Source: Lytechinus pictus
Taxonomy: Eukaryota
Direction: 5' to 3'
NCBI RefSeq assembly: GCF_037042905.1
Contig: NC_087248.1
Coordinates: 5,642,001-5,706,000, forward strand
Length of the DNA stretch: 64,000 nt
The notes below the pieces were generated by a model. It was not told the DNA's origin. It worked only from the letters and a program-made list of their open reading frames with translations, and did no database searches. The position numbers and the translations under genes are program-made. Shown piece after piece: positions 1 to 11,100 of this stretch; position 1 is the first letter of the stretch; each line of letters starts with the position of its first letter.

Positions 1-1143
1 GTAGTCACTCCTCCTCAGAATATCGCGTTTCATGGGCACCAGATAGAGGTTCACCAGGCTTTGTCACCACAGAACTTTATCAATATCACCTGCCAAGCTT
101 CGAATGAAATTGGGATGGCATCAACCTCCATTGTTGTGCATCTCATACCCGTATACAAGCCTCTAGTTTATATCTCCATGGTGACATCATCCCAAAACTC
201 ACAGCCGGATGAAGGGGTGAGATTTAGGTGCAACATTGATGCGAGCCCATCACCGGTCATCATACGATGGACAGTACAGCCTGACAATCGTGTAGTCATC
301 CAAAAGAGAGGAAGAGAGATGGTCCTCAGCAGTCTCAGTAACGAGTCCATGTACGTTGACATATCGTGTCTTGTCACGAACAGAATTGGAAGTGCCATGG
401 CTCATGCATTCGTCTATCTTCCACCGGAACATTCGGGCAAGTCTCTCACCAATCCACAAGACCCTGAAGGAACAACGTTTTCATATCCAAATGAAAATGA
501 AACAATCTCAACCACACAATACCCGGTGAACTCCACCAACCAATTCACCACTCCAGAAACAAATCTTTCAACGACACAGCTCCCAGAGACTAATTCAACA
601 TCGCCCTATTCAAACATCACCGTATTTGAGCCAGAGGTTGTTGAACCCGGTTCCCTTCCTTATTCACCATTTGAGGAGCGTTTATTCATACCATTTCTTC
701 CACAGGCAACGTTGGAATCAAACCCGACTGAACAGACGGATAGGCCTACCACCACACTATATTACCCATCAATCAGTTCTAACCTGTCTGTCCCCAAAAC
801 TCAGGCGATATCCCATGGCATGGACCCTACTCATGCTAACCTTTTGGTGCGCAATAAGTACATAATCGTAGGGGGCGTCACAGGTGGTATTTTTCTTGTG
901 TTCACTTTGGTTGCCATGGCAATTTGTTTATCTCGCATCAAAGTAAACAGATCCCTTCAGGCTGCATCTACAAGGGTGATCTACACTCCGGGTGATAATT
1001 CCCTGGCTCTACCTTTTGCTCAACCCAGGCGACAAAGTAGTCGAAACCCGTATAAGTCGTTGTCTGCTGCCGTTCAGACGTGTGAACAAAGCACTTCCGG
1101 TGTCGAGAGAGGGTATTTCAGAAACGCCTCGACGAAATTTTGA
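1..1143 (+). CDS. Ig-superfamily type-I transmembrane protein (nectin/CADM/nephrin-like), 5'-partial; last long exon
   Basis: Frame is open from base 1. It contains the end of one Ig domain (NITCQASNEIG), a second Ig domain (FRCNIDASPSPVIIRW...ISCLVTNRIGSA), a T/S/P-rich stalk with many N-x-S/T sites, a TM helix (YIIVGGVTGGIFLVFTLVAMAICL) and a cytoplasmic tail ending STKF*. AATAAA at ~1310. Confidence 0.8.
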   Translation, partial: VVTPPQNIAFHGHQIEVHQALSPQNFINITCQASNEIGMASTSIVVHLIPVYKPLVYISMVTSSQNSQPDEGVRFRCNIDASPSPVIIRWTVQPDNRVVIQKRGREMVLSSLSNESMYVDISCLVTNRIGSAMAHAFVYLPPEHSGKSLTNPQDPEGTTFSYPNENETISTTQYPVNSTNQFTTPETNLSTTQLPETNSTSPYSNITVFEPEVVEPGSLPYSPFEERLFIPFLPQATLESNPTEQTDRPTTTLYYPSISSNLSVPKTQAISHGMDPTHANLLVRNKYIIVGGVTGGIFLVFTLVAMAICLSRIKVNRSLQAASTRVIYTPGDNSLALPFAQPRRQSSRNPYKSLSAAVQTCEQSTSGVERGYFRNASTKF

Positions 1144-2354
1144 AGAGTGAAGTTTGTGTAATCGAAATAGTGAAGTCCAATGATTATATGAAATTTTTGT
1201 AATGATGTCTGCTTTGCTGGAATCTCTCTATAATCAATTCTTATAAACCATTTCTTGTATACTGTTGACATCTTCATTGTTAGTATCTTTCAAGAATTAA
1301 AAAAATGATAATAAATTTATATTTCGTTGTGTAAATCGTGTGAATTATATGATCAGGTTCACGTAGACTCGATGGACATAAAATATCTGTTAAATCTGTG
1401 TACCAATTGATAATTGAAATTAGAAATTTAATATGAAATAGAATTCAGATTTAAACTATGATAACCATTTATATTGACATTTTATAATATTATATTTATT
1501 ACATCTAGTTATTAGATACGAGCTGCATGTTCTTTGATTGGAAGAAAAGAAATAATCATCGGAAACTTATGATAACTAAGGTAATAGCATGAAAGGGAAC
1601 GAATATTTTCTAAAGAAGGAAACAGATAACACAAAAACAAAAGTTCTGGCTTGTCATCTACATATATATTCCCTCATACATACAGGGAGTTCTTGAATCT
1701 TAAATCCGTGTTTCTTACACTTGTGTAATCCTAAAATTGTTTTAAAAATACAAAGTACCCGATTCAAACATAATACTGAACGATGTTGATAAGTTTCTAG
1801 ACTTAGATTTCTTTATGAGAATACTTTATTCTAGTGTGTATTTTGATCAATGGATCAAAATTGTCCGCAATTACTCCGATATTCATGTTTTATTTATATT
1901 GTGATACATTGTTATGCTTCCGGCAATTGCTATTATATGCCACAAAAACTGTTAAACTTAATCAGTACAAAATAATGATTAGTGTTTCTAAATAGTATTT
2001 GTGTTAACACGTATTTATTTCTGGAGTGTGATTGAATGTCTCAGAGTTATACTTATATTCTAGACATAACTGCCAGAGTTTGGTTGGGTGGGGGTCAGGT
2101 TCAGCTGGTGTTCTGGAATAGAACATGATGTGGCGTATATGTGAGTGACGAACCTGGAAATTCAAATTCCCTGGTTCAACTAGGTAAAAGCAGGGAACTC
2201 GGTAATTTCATGGTGAAGTATACAATTATACTCATATAAAGAGGGATAGATATTTCTTGATATATGAATATATAAATAGATATAACATAGATAGAGACAA
2301 AGAAGCAAAGAGAATGAGGCAGTGACATATAGGAGAAAGGGTTTGAGGAAATGT

Positions 2355-2610
2355 TAGATTATAGCGAGAAAAGGAGAGGAAGAAGGCGAGGTGGGGGGGG
2401 GATTGGGCAGAGAGGGAGAGAGAGAGAGAGAGAGGGAGGGGGAGAGAGACACACATACGCACACACAGGTGGAGTCAGACACAAAGAGGGAGAGAGGGGG
2501 AGGAAAAGGGGTGAGAGGGGAGGAGAAGGGGAAGAAAGAAGGGGAGAGGGAGGGAGAGAGAGATCGAGATCAGGGGGGGGGGGTGATTGGAGAGTCAAAA
2601 GAGGGTAGGG
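2355..2610. repeat. GA/G-rich low-complexity microsatellite region
   Basis: (GA)n and G runs; produces the spurious ORFs at 2232-2708. Confidence 0.85.
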
Positions 2611-3505
2611 GATGCATAGATAGTGAGGGGTATCATGCACCATTCAATAAGTACCCCTCAAACAGTATTCTTGCTGTTCATTTCATAAAACCAAGCATTA
2701 TCTACTGAATCAATAATGGTAGCCGTTTTCAATTTTTCTATTAATACAATTCATGTTAATCATGATAGCTCGGTTCAGGGACCTGTATGGCGTCCCTTTG
2801 CCTACCAAAGATAAATTTCTAGATTTGTTTTATGATACCCCCCAAAAATAAGATAAGAACATAAAAAATAATTAGATATATAAATAAATATAATAGTTGA
2901 AAAAAAAATCGGAAAATATATAGCCCCCACCCCAAAAATCAAGTTTAGAAGAAAAAAAAGAAGATGAATGAGTTGGGGATTAGATGAAAAAATTGGACAT
3001 GGCCCGAGGGGGGAGGGGGGGGGGGGGCTTGTGAGCCCCTATACGTAACTGGATCTAGCTAACACTGTCACAATGTTTCATGGATCCTAGCTCCTCCTCG
3101 ATTTTGAACCCAACGCAGCACTGACCCGACGGTCCCGACCCAATCTATAGAGTTCGTCTTTTATGGACCTACTATGACTGTCAGTAGTAGGTCCATGGTC
3201 TTTATGATCTGTACAGTAATCATGGTTGTGAATATAGTTGGAAATACTACCTGTAAGCATTGGCTAATCTAACAAAGACAGAAAGGCGATCAGTGGTGAT
3301 AATTTCTTAATTCATGACATTCATGCTACAACGAATCCCGCAAAACGAATCCCATGCATGATATAGTGACGTACTATACTCAACATCACGGTAAACGTGT
3401 ATTTACACAGCATGCAGCAGTGCAATATTATACCAGTCTGTGCAACCTAATTTGGCTACAAAATAGCAAATTTTGTTGCACATGAGCAATTGTATTGTCA
3501 CTTAC

Positions 3506-3590
3506 CAGTCACCCAATTCCTAAATGTAGTCTCTGTCTGTTTGAATTTTCCCTTCACATCCCCGTTGTCTTTGCCTTGGTCGGAAGCCAT
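3506..3590 (-). CDS. Exon 1 of a glutathionyl-hydroquinone reductase (YqjG/ECM4, GST Xi/omega-like); rest of gene lies left of the window
   Basis: caacaacATGG start; MASDQGKDNGDVKGKFKQTETTFRNWVT+G then a perfect GTAAGT donor at 3505. Matches the recalled YqjG N-terminal motif G-K-F-x-R-x-x-S-x-F-R-N-W-L-T-A-D-G. An in-frame upstream ATG is at 3713. Confidence 0.7.
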
Positions 3591-5288
3591 GTTGTTGAAT
3601 GTTAATAGACTCGTGTGTATTCTGGAGCAGACGACAAGTCGGATTGATTCAGCAGCAAAGATGTCTGATTTTAAAGAAGACACACACGACTTCAGAAAGA
3701 TATATGACACCATTAGTAAAATGTCGTAAATAATCAGCTTATATTTATGGTGGTATTGCTGGGCAACCTACACTTTCCTCTACGACATGCTACACAGTAA
3801 TAGTGGGAGGGGTCATGCGATGTGCCGGTACGTGTTCATCTATTGGATGAGGTATAAAATGCATCCATTTTGTGCGTGGTATATGGAGATCGGGGAAAAG
3901 AGAAATGGTATACGGCCAAATCAATTCCAACATAAATGGACGATTTGATTTTGTACGAGTATTAAAGAAGTAATGATATTGACATCAAAATTGCATTTTC
4001 AATAAAACAATGAAACAAAGTGGTCGCTATTTCGGAGTCAATCAGTGATGTAATATGCCAAACATTTTGAGGGGCCAGATGTGGCAGATGGAGAAAAAAT
4101 TCTTTAAAAAATGCGATCGAGCAAAAACATTTTTAAACCTAGATTTTGACCTGATAATCAGAAAATTTGAAAATAGTTCACCCTTTTCCTTTGATTTCAG
4201 AGCCGTTTCTCCCTCACATGGGCCCCATGATACTTTGATTTAAGAAAAGGTCAACTAAAATAAATATGTGAGGGCGCTGAGTGGAGTAATGTATTGCAAT
4301 TGTATGTTTACTTGTGTTTATTAAGCCATAGCTGATTCTGGGAAAGAACGAAGCGAGCGACAAAATCAACATGAGAAAACTGTCGTTCTTTTTTCACAAT
4401 CATGAAAACCTATTTTGGTATGGCTTTCACTTGCTATGCTATATGCATCAGACCTCATCGCGTCAATCAGATGAACCCTTTTTAGTGCGAAAAAAAAATC
4501 GATAGTTTCTTTTGTCACTTTCTTTTGTACTGTCTGTGGTATGTAGTGCCCACATTTTTAGCATCTCTCTGCCCATGTTGCTATTAAAAAAAAAATCTTT
4601 CTCCATTAACCGATCGCGAAAACAAATATGCCCGGGAATATAGGCATATTGAGAAAACATTTCTTGCTACTATCACTATGTAGTTATTTTAAAGTATATT
4701 CTTTATATAGGCCGACGTTACATGCTTGATGTTAATTATAGCTGTTTTTTCTGAAACTTTCTGGAGAACTTTACATGACTTTGTATATTAGCCTATATAG
4801 TTTGGCAGACAAAGGTCTGCGTATTGTCATCAGTAGACTATGCATGATAACCGGCATTGTAATAAGGACAAAGACGCGTGTAAGCTTTAATGGACAACAG
4901 AACTTACGCCGCAGATTTATTGAAATATTTTGTAAAATAATAAAATTATTGAATTTTTATTTTAGCAATATTTTGTGAAACATATTATGCAAAGGTAAAT
5001 TGGCAAACATTCTTGGAGGAAAAAGCTGAATAATATATCCAGATAACAAAATACAAAAGAATAAGCGGGGAGATGAGATCGTCAGCTACCGCACTGCATA
5101 TTTAGGCCCAAAACTGTTTCATAAGACAAACCTTTGAAAATTTGTTATTTGTTAACCTTTCTTATTTGCCAGCCGAATTTGATAAAACTGTCTGTGAATC
5201 TGACTTTACTGTATCTGTTCAAATCTGATAATTTTGAGAAACAAAACTGAATGCCTAATGTTGTCTTTCGATCTATCACAGATCTATC

Positions 5289-5443
5289 ACTCAACCCAGG
5301 TGAGGTAAATGGGTACCGGTAGGAAGTAATTCCTTAAAAAGCTGTGTGCGCTATGAACGCCTAGCTTAGCCGGGTAATATAGGAGCGCCTTGAGCACCTA
5401 ACAAGGTGGATATGTGCGCAATATAAATACCCTATATTATTAT
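5289..5443 (+). mobile_element. 5'-truncated SINE with Deu/Nin-like core and L2-type 3' tail
   Basis: ACTCAACCCAGGTGAGGTAAATGGGTACCGG core, then GCGCCTTGAGCAC...GTGCGCAATATAAAT stem-loop and a (TAT)n tail. Confidence 0.6.
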
Positions 5444-5547
5444 AAGGTGAGAAAGAAGAAAGGGAAACAAGGAAACCATAAGTCTTTTCTTTCTTCTGTC
5501 ATATTCACTTTCCATTTATTTATTTATTTACATGTTTGTTTGTTCGT

Positions 5548-5640
5548 TCATCCATCCATCTATCTATCTATCTATATGTCTGTCTGTCTGTCTGTCTGCC
5601 TGTCTATCTATCTATCTATCTATATATTTATTTATCTATT
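5548..5640. repeat. (TCCA)/(TCTA)/(TCTG)n microsatellite
   Basis: Direct reading of tetranucleotide runs. Confidence 0.9.
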
Positions 5641-5727
5641 TTTTTATTTTTTGGAGGACGGTTGGGCGACGGCCCATTGCAAATTTCCAGACACGCAATT
5701 TGCACCTGCAACCCGTCTGATTACTGT

Positions 5728-5885
5728 NNNNNNNNNNNNNNNNNNNNNNNNNNNNNNNNNNNNNNNNNNNNNNNNNNNNNNNNNNNNNNNNNNNNNNNNN
5801 NNNNNNNNNNNNNNNNNNNNNNNNNNNNNNNNNNNNNNNNNNNNNNNNNNNNNNNNNNNNNNNNNNNNNNNNNNNNNNNNNNNNN
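5728..5885. other. Assembly gap (158 N)
   Basis: Run of n. Confidence 1.
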
Positions 5886-6048
5886 TGTTATAGGGAGGGT
5901 CCTTTCTTTGCTTGTCAAATATATCACACGTGACCTTCATTTTTAATGAAAACATTTTCTTTTGGCTTGTCTAAGTTTCCTTGGGAAAATGTCCCCCCCC
6001 CTTTGGAAAATCCTGAATCTGCCCCTGTCCCCTGAGTTTAATTGCGAA

Positions 6049-7955
6049 CAGGGGTGGATCCAGTGGCGTAACAGGCGGGGGGGGGGGCAGGGGGCAAGTT
6101 GCCCCCCCCTGGCGGATTTCACCGGGAAAATAAAAGAAAAATGGGAAAAAGAAAAAAAGGAGGGAGAAAGAAAGGGAAAGGGGAAGGAAAGGGGAAAAGG
6201 AAAGGAGGAAAAGGAAAGGGAAAGGGAAAGTGAAAAGAAAACGAAGAAAAAACTTTTTTTAAATGGAAAAGGACGGAAAGCGGGAAATTGTACGAAAGAA
6301 GAAAATTTGAGAAAGAACAAATCATTCCGAAATAGGCCCATGTAATGCAATAGCACGGTGGGAAATAAATTAAAAGATGACAAAATGGCAAACAATAGCG
6401 GTAAACGAAGGTAGAGAGTAATTAGTCAAAAGCTAAATTGGAAAACAAAGAAAAGGGACAAGAAAAAAAAATAACACGACCGGGCTGCCGATGATTGAAA
6501 TTAAAGAGCGGGAAGAAAGATGGACTGCATACAACATTGTGCTATAAGCTTGCTAAATTTTATGCAAATAAGCTACCGGGGCTTTGCCCCAGACCCCACG
6601 CAGTAGGGGCTCTTCATTTATAACCTTCAAATGACTCTATAACGCCCCCCAATCAATCACGTTCAATCACTGGCATACAGGCGGGGGGGGGGGGGTCTTG
6701 CATGGTTCCACACCCAAGAGAAAATAAAAGAAATTATAGGAGACAACGTATAATGAAATGAATGGAAACAATGAAATGTGTTATTTGCTTAATATAATGG
6801 AAAAATCTATCACATAATTAGAATTTAATTTCAACAGGCAATTTTTTTTTCCAGCTCGCTTTGCACGCTGGCGACTTTTTTACAAATTTTTCCCACATTG
6901 CTATGTTTTTGCCCCCTCAAAATATTTGGTTCATTACGCAACTGGGTTGAATAAATGTGTTGTGTAAAAGCTATATTCTGTATATGCCTGCGATTTGATT
7001 AAAATAGCGGCAATCTGCGAGGTTTAAATGGCTTTGATATCAAGAAGTTCCGGGGGCTCTTCCCCGGACCCCAACCGCACAGCACTGCCGCGTATGGAAG
7101 GGTTTGGTCATGGCCCAAAAAAGTTCTACAAACAAGAACAAAAAAGGAGGAAAGAAAAGCAAAAGTGTATAGGATATGATTTTATTTACTGAATATAATG
7201 TCAAAAAAATAGCTCAAAGTTAGATTCTCATGAAAAGGTGATTTTTTTCTCGCTCGCTTCGCTCGCTCGGGACTTATATAAAGCAGCTTTTTAGCACATG
7301 CGCTATACTGCGCCCCTGTTTTTTTTTTCTTCTTTTTTTACTCTTCACGAAACTGCCACAAAGAATCCTGTTCACAGTGGCGTACAGACCACAGAAAAAG
7401 AATCTAAAGAGAGAAGAGTGAAATATATCATTTTCTGGATATCATGTCAAAATTTATCACAGAATTTGATTTTTAATTAAAAAGGTCAAAATTTTTGCTC
7501 GCTCGCTTCGCTCGCTCGCAACTTTTTTTTAAAAGATAAATTCTGCCCGATACGCAATATCTGGCCGCCTCAAATTAGTCGCCCCATAACACCATTACGC
7601 CTGTTCATACCATGATATGACCGGGAAATTTTTGGCTCTTGCCCCCCCTGGCCACCGACCCCTGTTACGCCGCTGGGTGGATCCAGGATTTTCTAAAAAA
7701 AATGGGAGGGGGCACATTTTTCCGCTGAAAATTTGACGAGCAAAAAAAAAAAATGTTTTCACCTAAAATCGGAGGTAATTTCGTCCGCGGAAAAGTTGAA
7801 AAGCAAAAAAAAAGCAAAAAAAAATGGGCCTCACTTTCGAATGAGGGGGGGGGGGGGCACACTTGGGTAAAGCGGTATCAAATTTTGATTATGGCTCTCA
7901 AATGGGGGGGGGGGGAGGCACGGGCCGGCACGGGCCGGCTGTGGATCCGCAAGTG
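6049..7955. mobile_element. Outer hAT-like non-autonomous element, interrupted by a nested insertion
   Basis: Termini CAGGGGTGGATCCA / TGGATCCGCAAGTG; 8-bp flanks ATTGCGAA (6041-6048) and GTTGCGAA (7956-7963), 7/8 identical. Confidence 0.65.
6061..7675. mobile_element. Inner hAT-like non-autonomous element (composite MITE)
   Basis: TIRs CAGTGGCGTAACAGG / CCTGTTACGCCGCTG; perfect 8-bp TSD GGTGGATC at 6053-6060 and 7676-7683. Confidence 0.8.
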
Positions 7956-8085
7956 GTTGCGAAATTCCTTTTTGCACAGGGTTATAGATATTATACGGTA
8001 TGCCTATTCAAAAAAAAAAAAAATGGCAATCTCTGCTCAATCGATCATCAGCTCATTTTTTTTTATGTAATGCACTGCCCTCTTT

Positions 8086-8125
8086 CGCGTATGCGCTGTC
8101 CAGTAAAATATTCATCATGGCCGCC
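8086..8125 (+). promoter_or_regulatory. Putative NRF1-like and YY1-like sites at the ATP5PO start
   Basis: CGCGTATGCGC (8086-8096) resembles NRF1 GCGCATGCGC; CATGGCCGCC over the ATG resembles YY1. Both factors are typical of OXPHOS promoters. Confidence 0.35.
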
Positions 8126-11100
8126 AGGAGATGTCTACCTTTGGTAAGATACGATTATTTTCGACATTTATTGATGTAATTTTTGAGCTAATTTTGGAAG
8201 TAAACGATTAAGCATTAATTTTTGTAGATATTGATGTATTTCCCAATGCAAATGAGTGTGTATCATATGAACAGTAAGGCGTGATGGGTTGTCTGTGTGC
8301 GGCGAGTGGAACTCCGACTCCGTCTCCAGTGCCAGTGCAGTGTTGCTGTGCCTGCGCCTGTGCAGTGGCATGGCCAGATGAGTGCAGCACTGTTTGCAAG
8401 CTGCATGCACACGGCAGGCTCGCAGAGCAGAAAAATCTGATCAGTATATCGGCGCCCAACGACGGGGTAGAATCCAGATGTGAATGAAAGTTTATTGATC
8501 GGCGCTAACACAGAATCGCTATTATTAAAACCGCAATGCATCACGGGATCGAAAAAGGGGCAAGCTCGCTAGCTCAGCGCATGCAAATGCGCACTGCGGT
8601 CTCTGCCCCCTTTTTGATCCTATCATATAATCATGCTTTGCGTTGCAGCTTCCTCTGTTGATATTTGCCGATTCACGTTAAACCTAATGCAGTTTCAAAC
8701 TGGCCGACTTCAAGCGAATTGTTCGCAAATATTTATCTAGTAAACGAAAATCTACACATTGTAAGTCTAGTCTCTCGGTCACATTTCAAGTCAATAAAAT
8801 ATGCCTATCGCTTTTCCAAATATCGCGATTGGAACGATCTACCTCGATCTCAACGTCATCGGCATGATACATGAAATTTTGAATTTCATGCCAATCTTCC
8901 CGATGAGAAAACGCAAATTTGAATGGTGGGGAAAGCGGGAAGTGCGCGTGCGTAAATGGCACGCTGGGCAGTTGTGCGAATGGGATGAGTGTGACCTAGT
9001 CTTTGCAGACACATTAGTGGCACATGGACGTAATTCAGCTCCTGCTTCTGTTCTTGCAAAGTATTTTTCCCTGCCTCCCTGGAAGCCATTTTCCCTGTGA
9101 TCGTACGATGTATCCGATGCGCAGGTTAAGGTTGCCAAATCCTAGCAAGATCGGCGTAGTGGAATGGCCCCTTAGCTTTTATAACTGGATGAGCCCACTG
9201 CTAAATGCGATGGAGCTTGCTGTGTCTAATTTTCCTCTTCATAACTTTAATTTTTGAATGAAACAAAAAGAAAAAGTGTATGTTTACATTTCACTCCAAG
9301 ATCCATTATATCTTGAAAATATGACCAATCATCAATTCTTGATAACAACTTTGTCATTTAAACATTAGGAAAGAAAAAGTGTAAAAAACAATTGCGCAAT
9401 CCTTTGGGCGATCACCAGCCAGACAATTGAACCATGCTGTGTTTTGATTGTCTGCCTGAGTGATTTGGCCCATTGATATTGCATGACATGACTATGGAGT
9501 ATGGTGCAACCATCGTCAAATTTTTCTTGCTGCTCAGTGCTCACTAACTTTTGGTTTATCATTTCACAAAGAAAAATTTAGATATCAATAATCATATTGC
9601 CAAAACATGCAGACAGATTATTGTATTTTTGCAAGTTTAATTTTACCATCTGCTGATGGGAAGTGGTTTTCCACACCTTGATTATGCCATTGGTACAAAC
9701 AAATTTGCACTCACATTATCGATGGGTGCTGGTAGGCTTTTGCACTGCCACTGGTTGTCATAGTTGTGTCCAACAAAATTCCTGCAGACGCTGGTGATCT
9801 AGTTTAGGATTGTGGATTATAGAACACACTTGAAAATGATTTCCCCTTCAGTTTTCTGCCATTTGATGCGCAGGGCTCAAAATAAAGTTAACTGTATCAT
9901 ATTGAATAGTGCACAGCTCAGTCATCCATGACATATGCACCATTTCTTTCTAAATCTCAAAATAACATTGATCATGGATCTAAAAAATCCATAGACCTAC
10001 ATCCTATTATTTGGTGTTTTGAAATATATGATGAGGTTTTCAGCATACTATTTGTATGTATTTATTAGAATATAAGAAATTTCAAATTAATTAATTATGA
10101 AATGTTTAAGAAATTATTGTTTGATCCAAAGTCCAGTTTTGGTGCATGGATTCCTCAGACCTGCCAACCAGTACGTTTTAGCTGTATTTAGTACGTTTTT
10201 GCAACCAAAATACGGCAGTACGTTTTTTCTTTGAAAAATACATTTTTTTTTTTACTAGATCGTAATTTATTGAGAAAAATAATGTCTCTATGTCTCTATT
10301 TCATAAAACGAACACAAATATGGTTATTAGATCAATGAAATTTCAGGTAACTTTTTTTTCAATCATTTTGTTAAAACCAGGGTGAAAATATACACATGTT
10401 TAATGTTTGTTTTTTTCATCTGCAAGAGCAGTGCGCATTTTAGCTTGCATGCAGCTTGAGCGCCGCGATGAGCGAGTGCGCCAAGCATTTTATTATGAAA
10501 TACACTTTTTTTGGGAAAAATACATTTTTTTTTAAATCACAGAATACAGTTTTTCATTCCCAGAGGTTGGCAGGTCTGCATATTTATCTTACACGGTAAA
10601 AATACTGATTTTTGTCAAAATACAATAATAGTGGTATCTCTTCTTATGTTTTGCAGGTTCGTCATTTCAGCACTTCATCAGTGGGTGCTCAAATGGTGAA
10701 GGTAAGTTCATTGAGACTTATGGTATCTCTCCTTCTATTAAAAAAAAAATTATCAGAATTCATGATGACATAGTTTGTGATACACTTCAGATAGATTCAG
10801 ATAGGTTGTTACATAGGACTGTACATACAGAACTTTGTTGAAACACATTTACTTCCCAGTCGGCCTGAATTGCCAATCAAATTTGAGAAGTCAAATTATT
10901 CCCCTAGATATATATTATTAATCTGTGTGATTGCATCAACATGGATATTTTCTTTCATTACTCCTACAGCCACCCATCCAGGTGTATGGCTTTGGTGGTC
11001 GCTATGCTACAGCTCTCTATTCGGCAGCGAGCAAACAGAAAGCCCTCGACCAAGTAGATAAAGATTTAGGCAATGTTGAGGTATGTCATTCCAAACTTAT

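Noticed and set aside
2232-2708. Overlapping R/G/E-rich and L/S/P-rich ORFs
   Set aside because: Translation of a GA microsatellite; no splice or homology support.
5414-6395. ORFs of 100-160 aa
   Set aside because: They run through microsatellite, the N gap and purine-rich MITE sequence.
8168-9257. Cys-rich and other short ORFs in ATP5PO intron 1 (metallothionein-like look)
   Set aside because: GC-rich intronic or repeat sequence; non-ATG starts and no coherent metallothionein Cys pattern.
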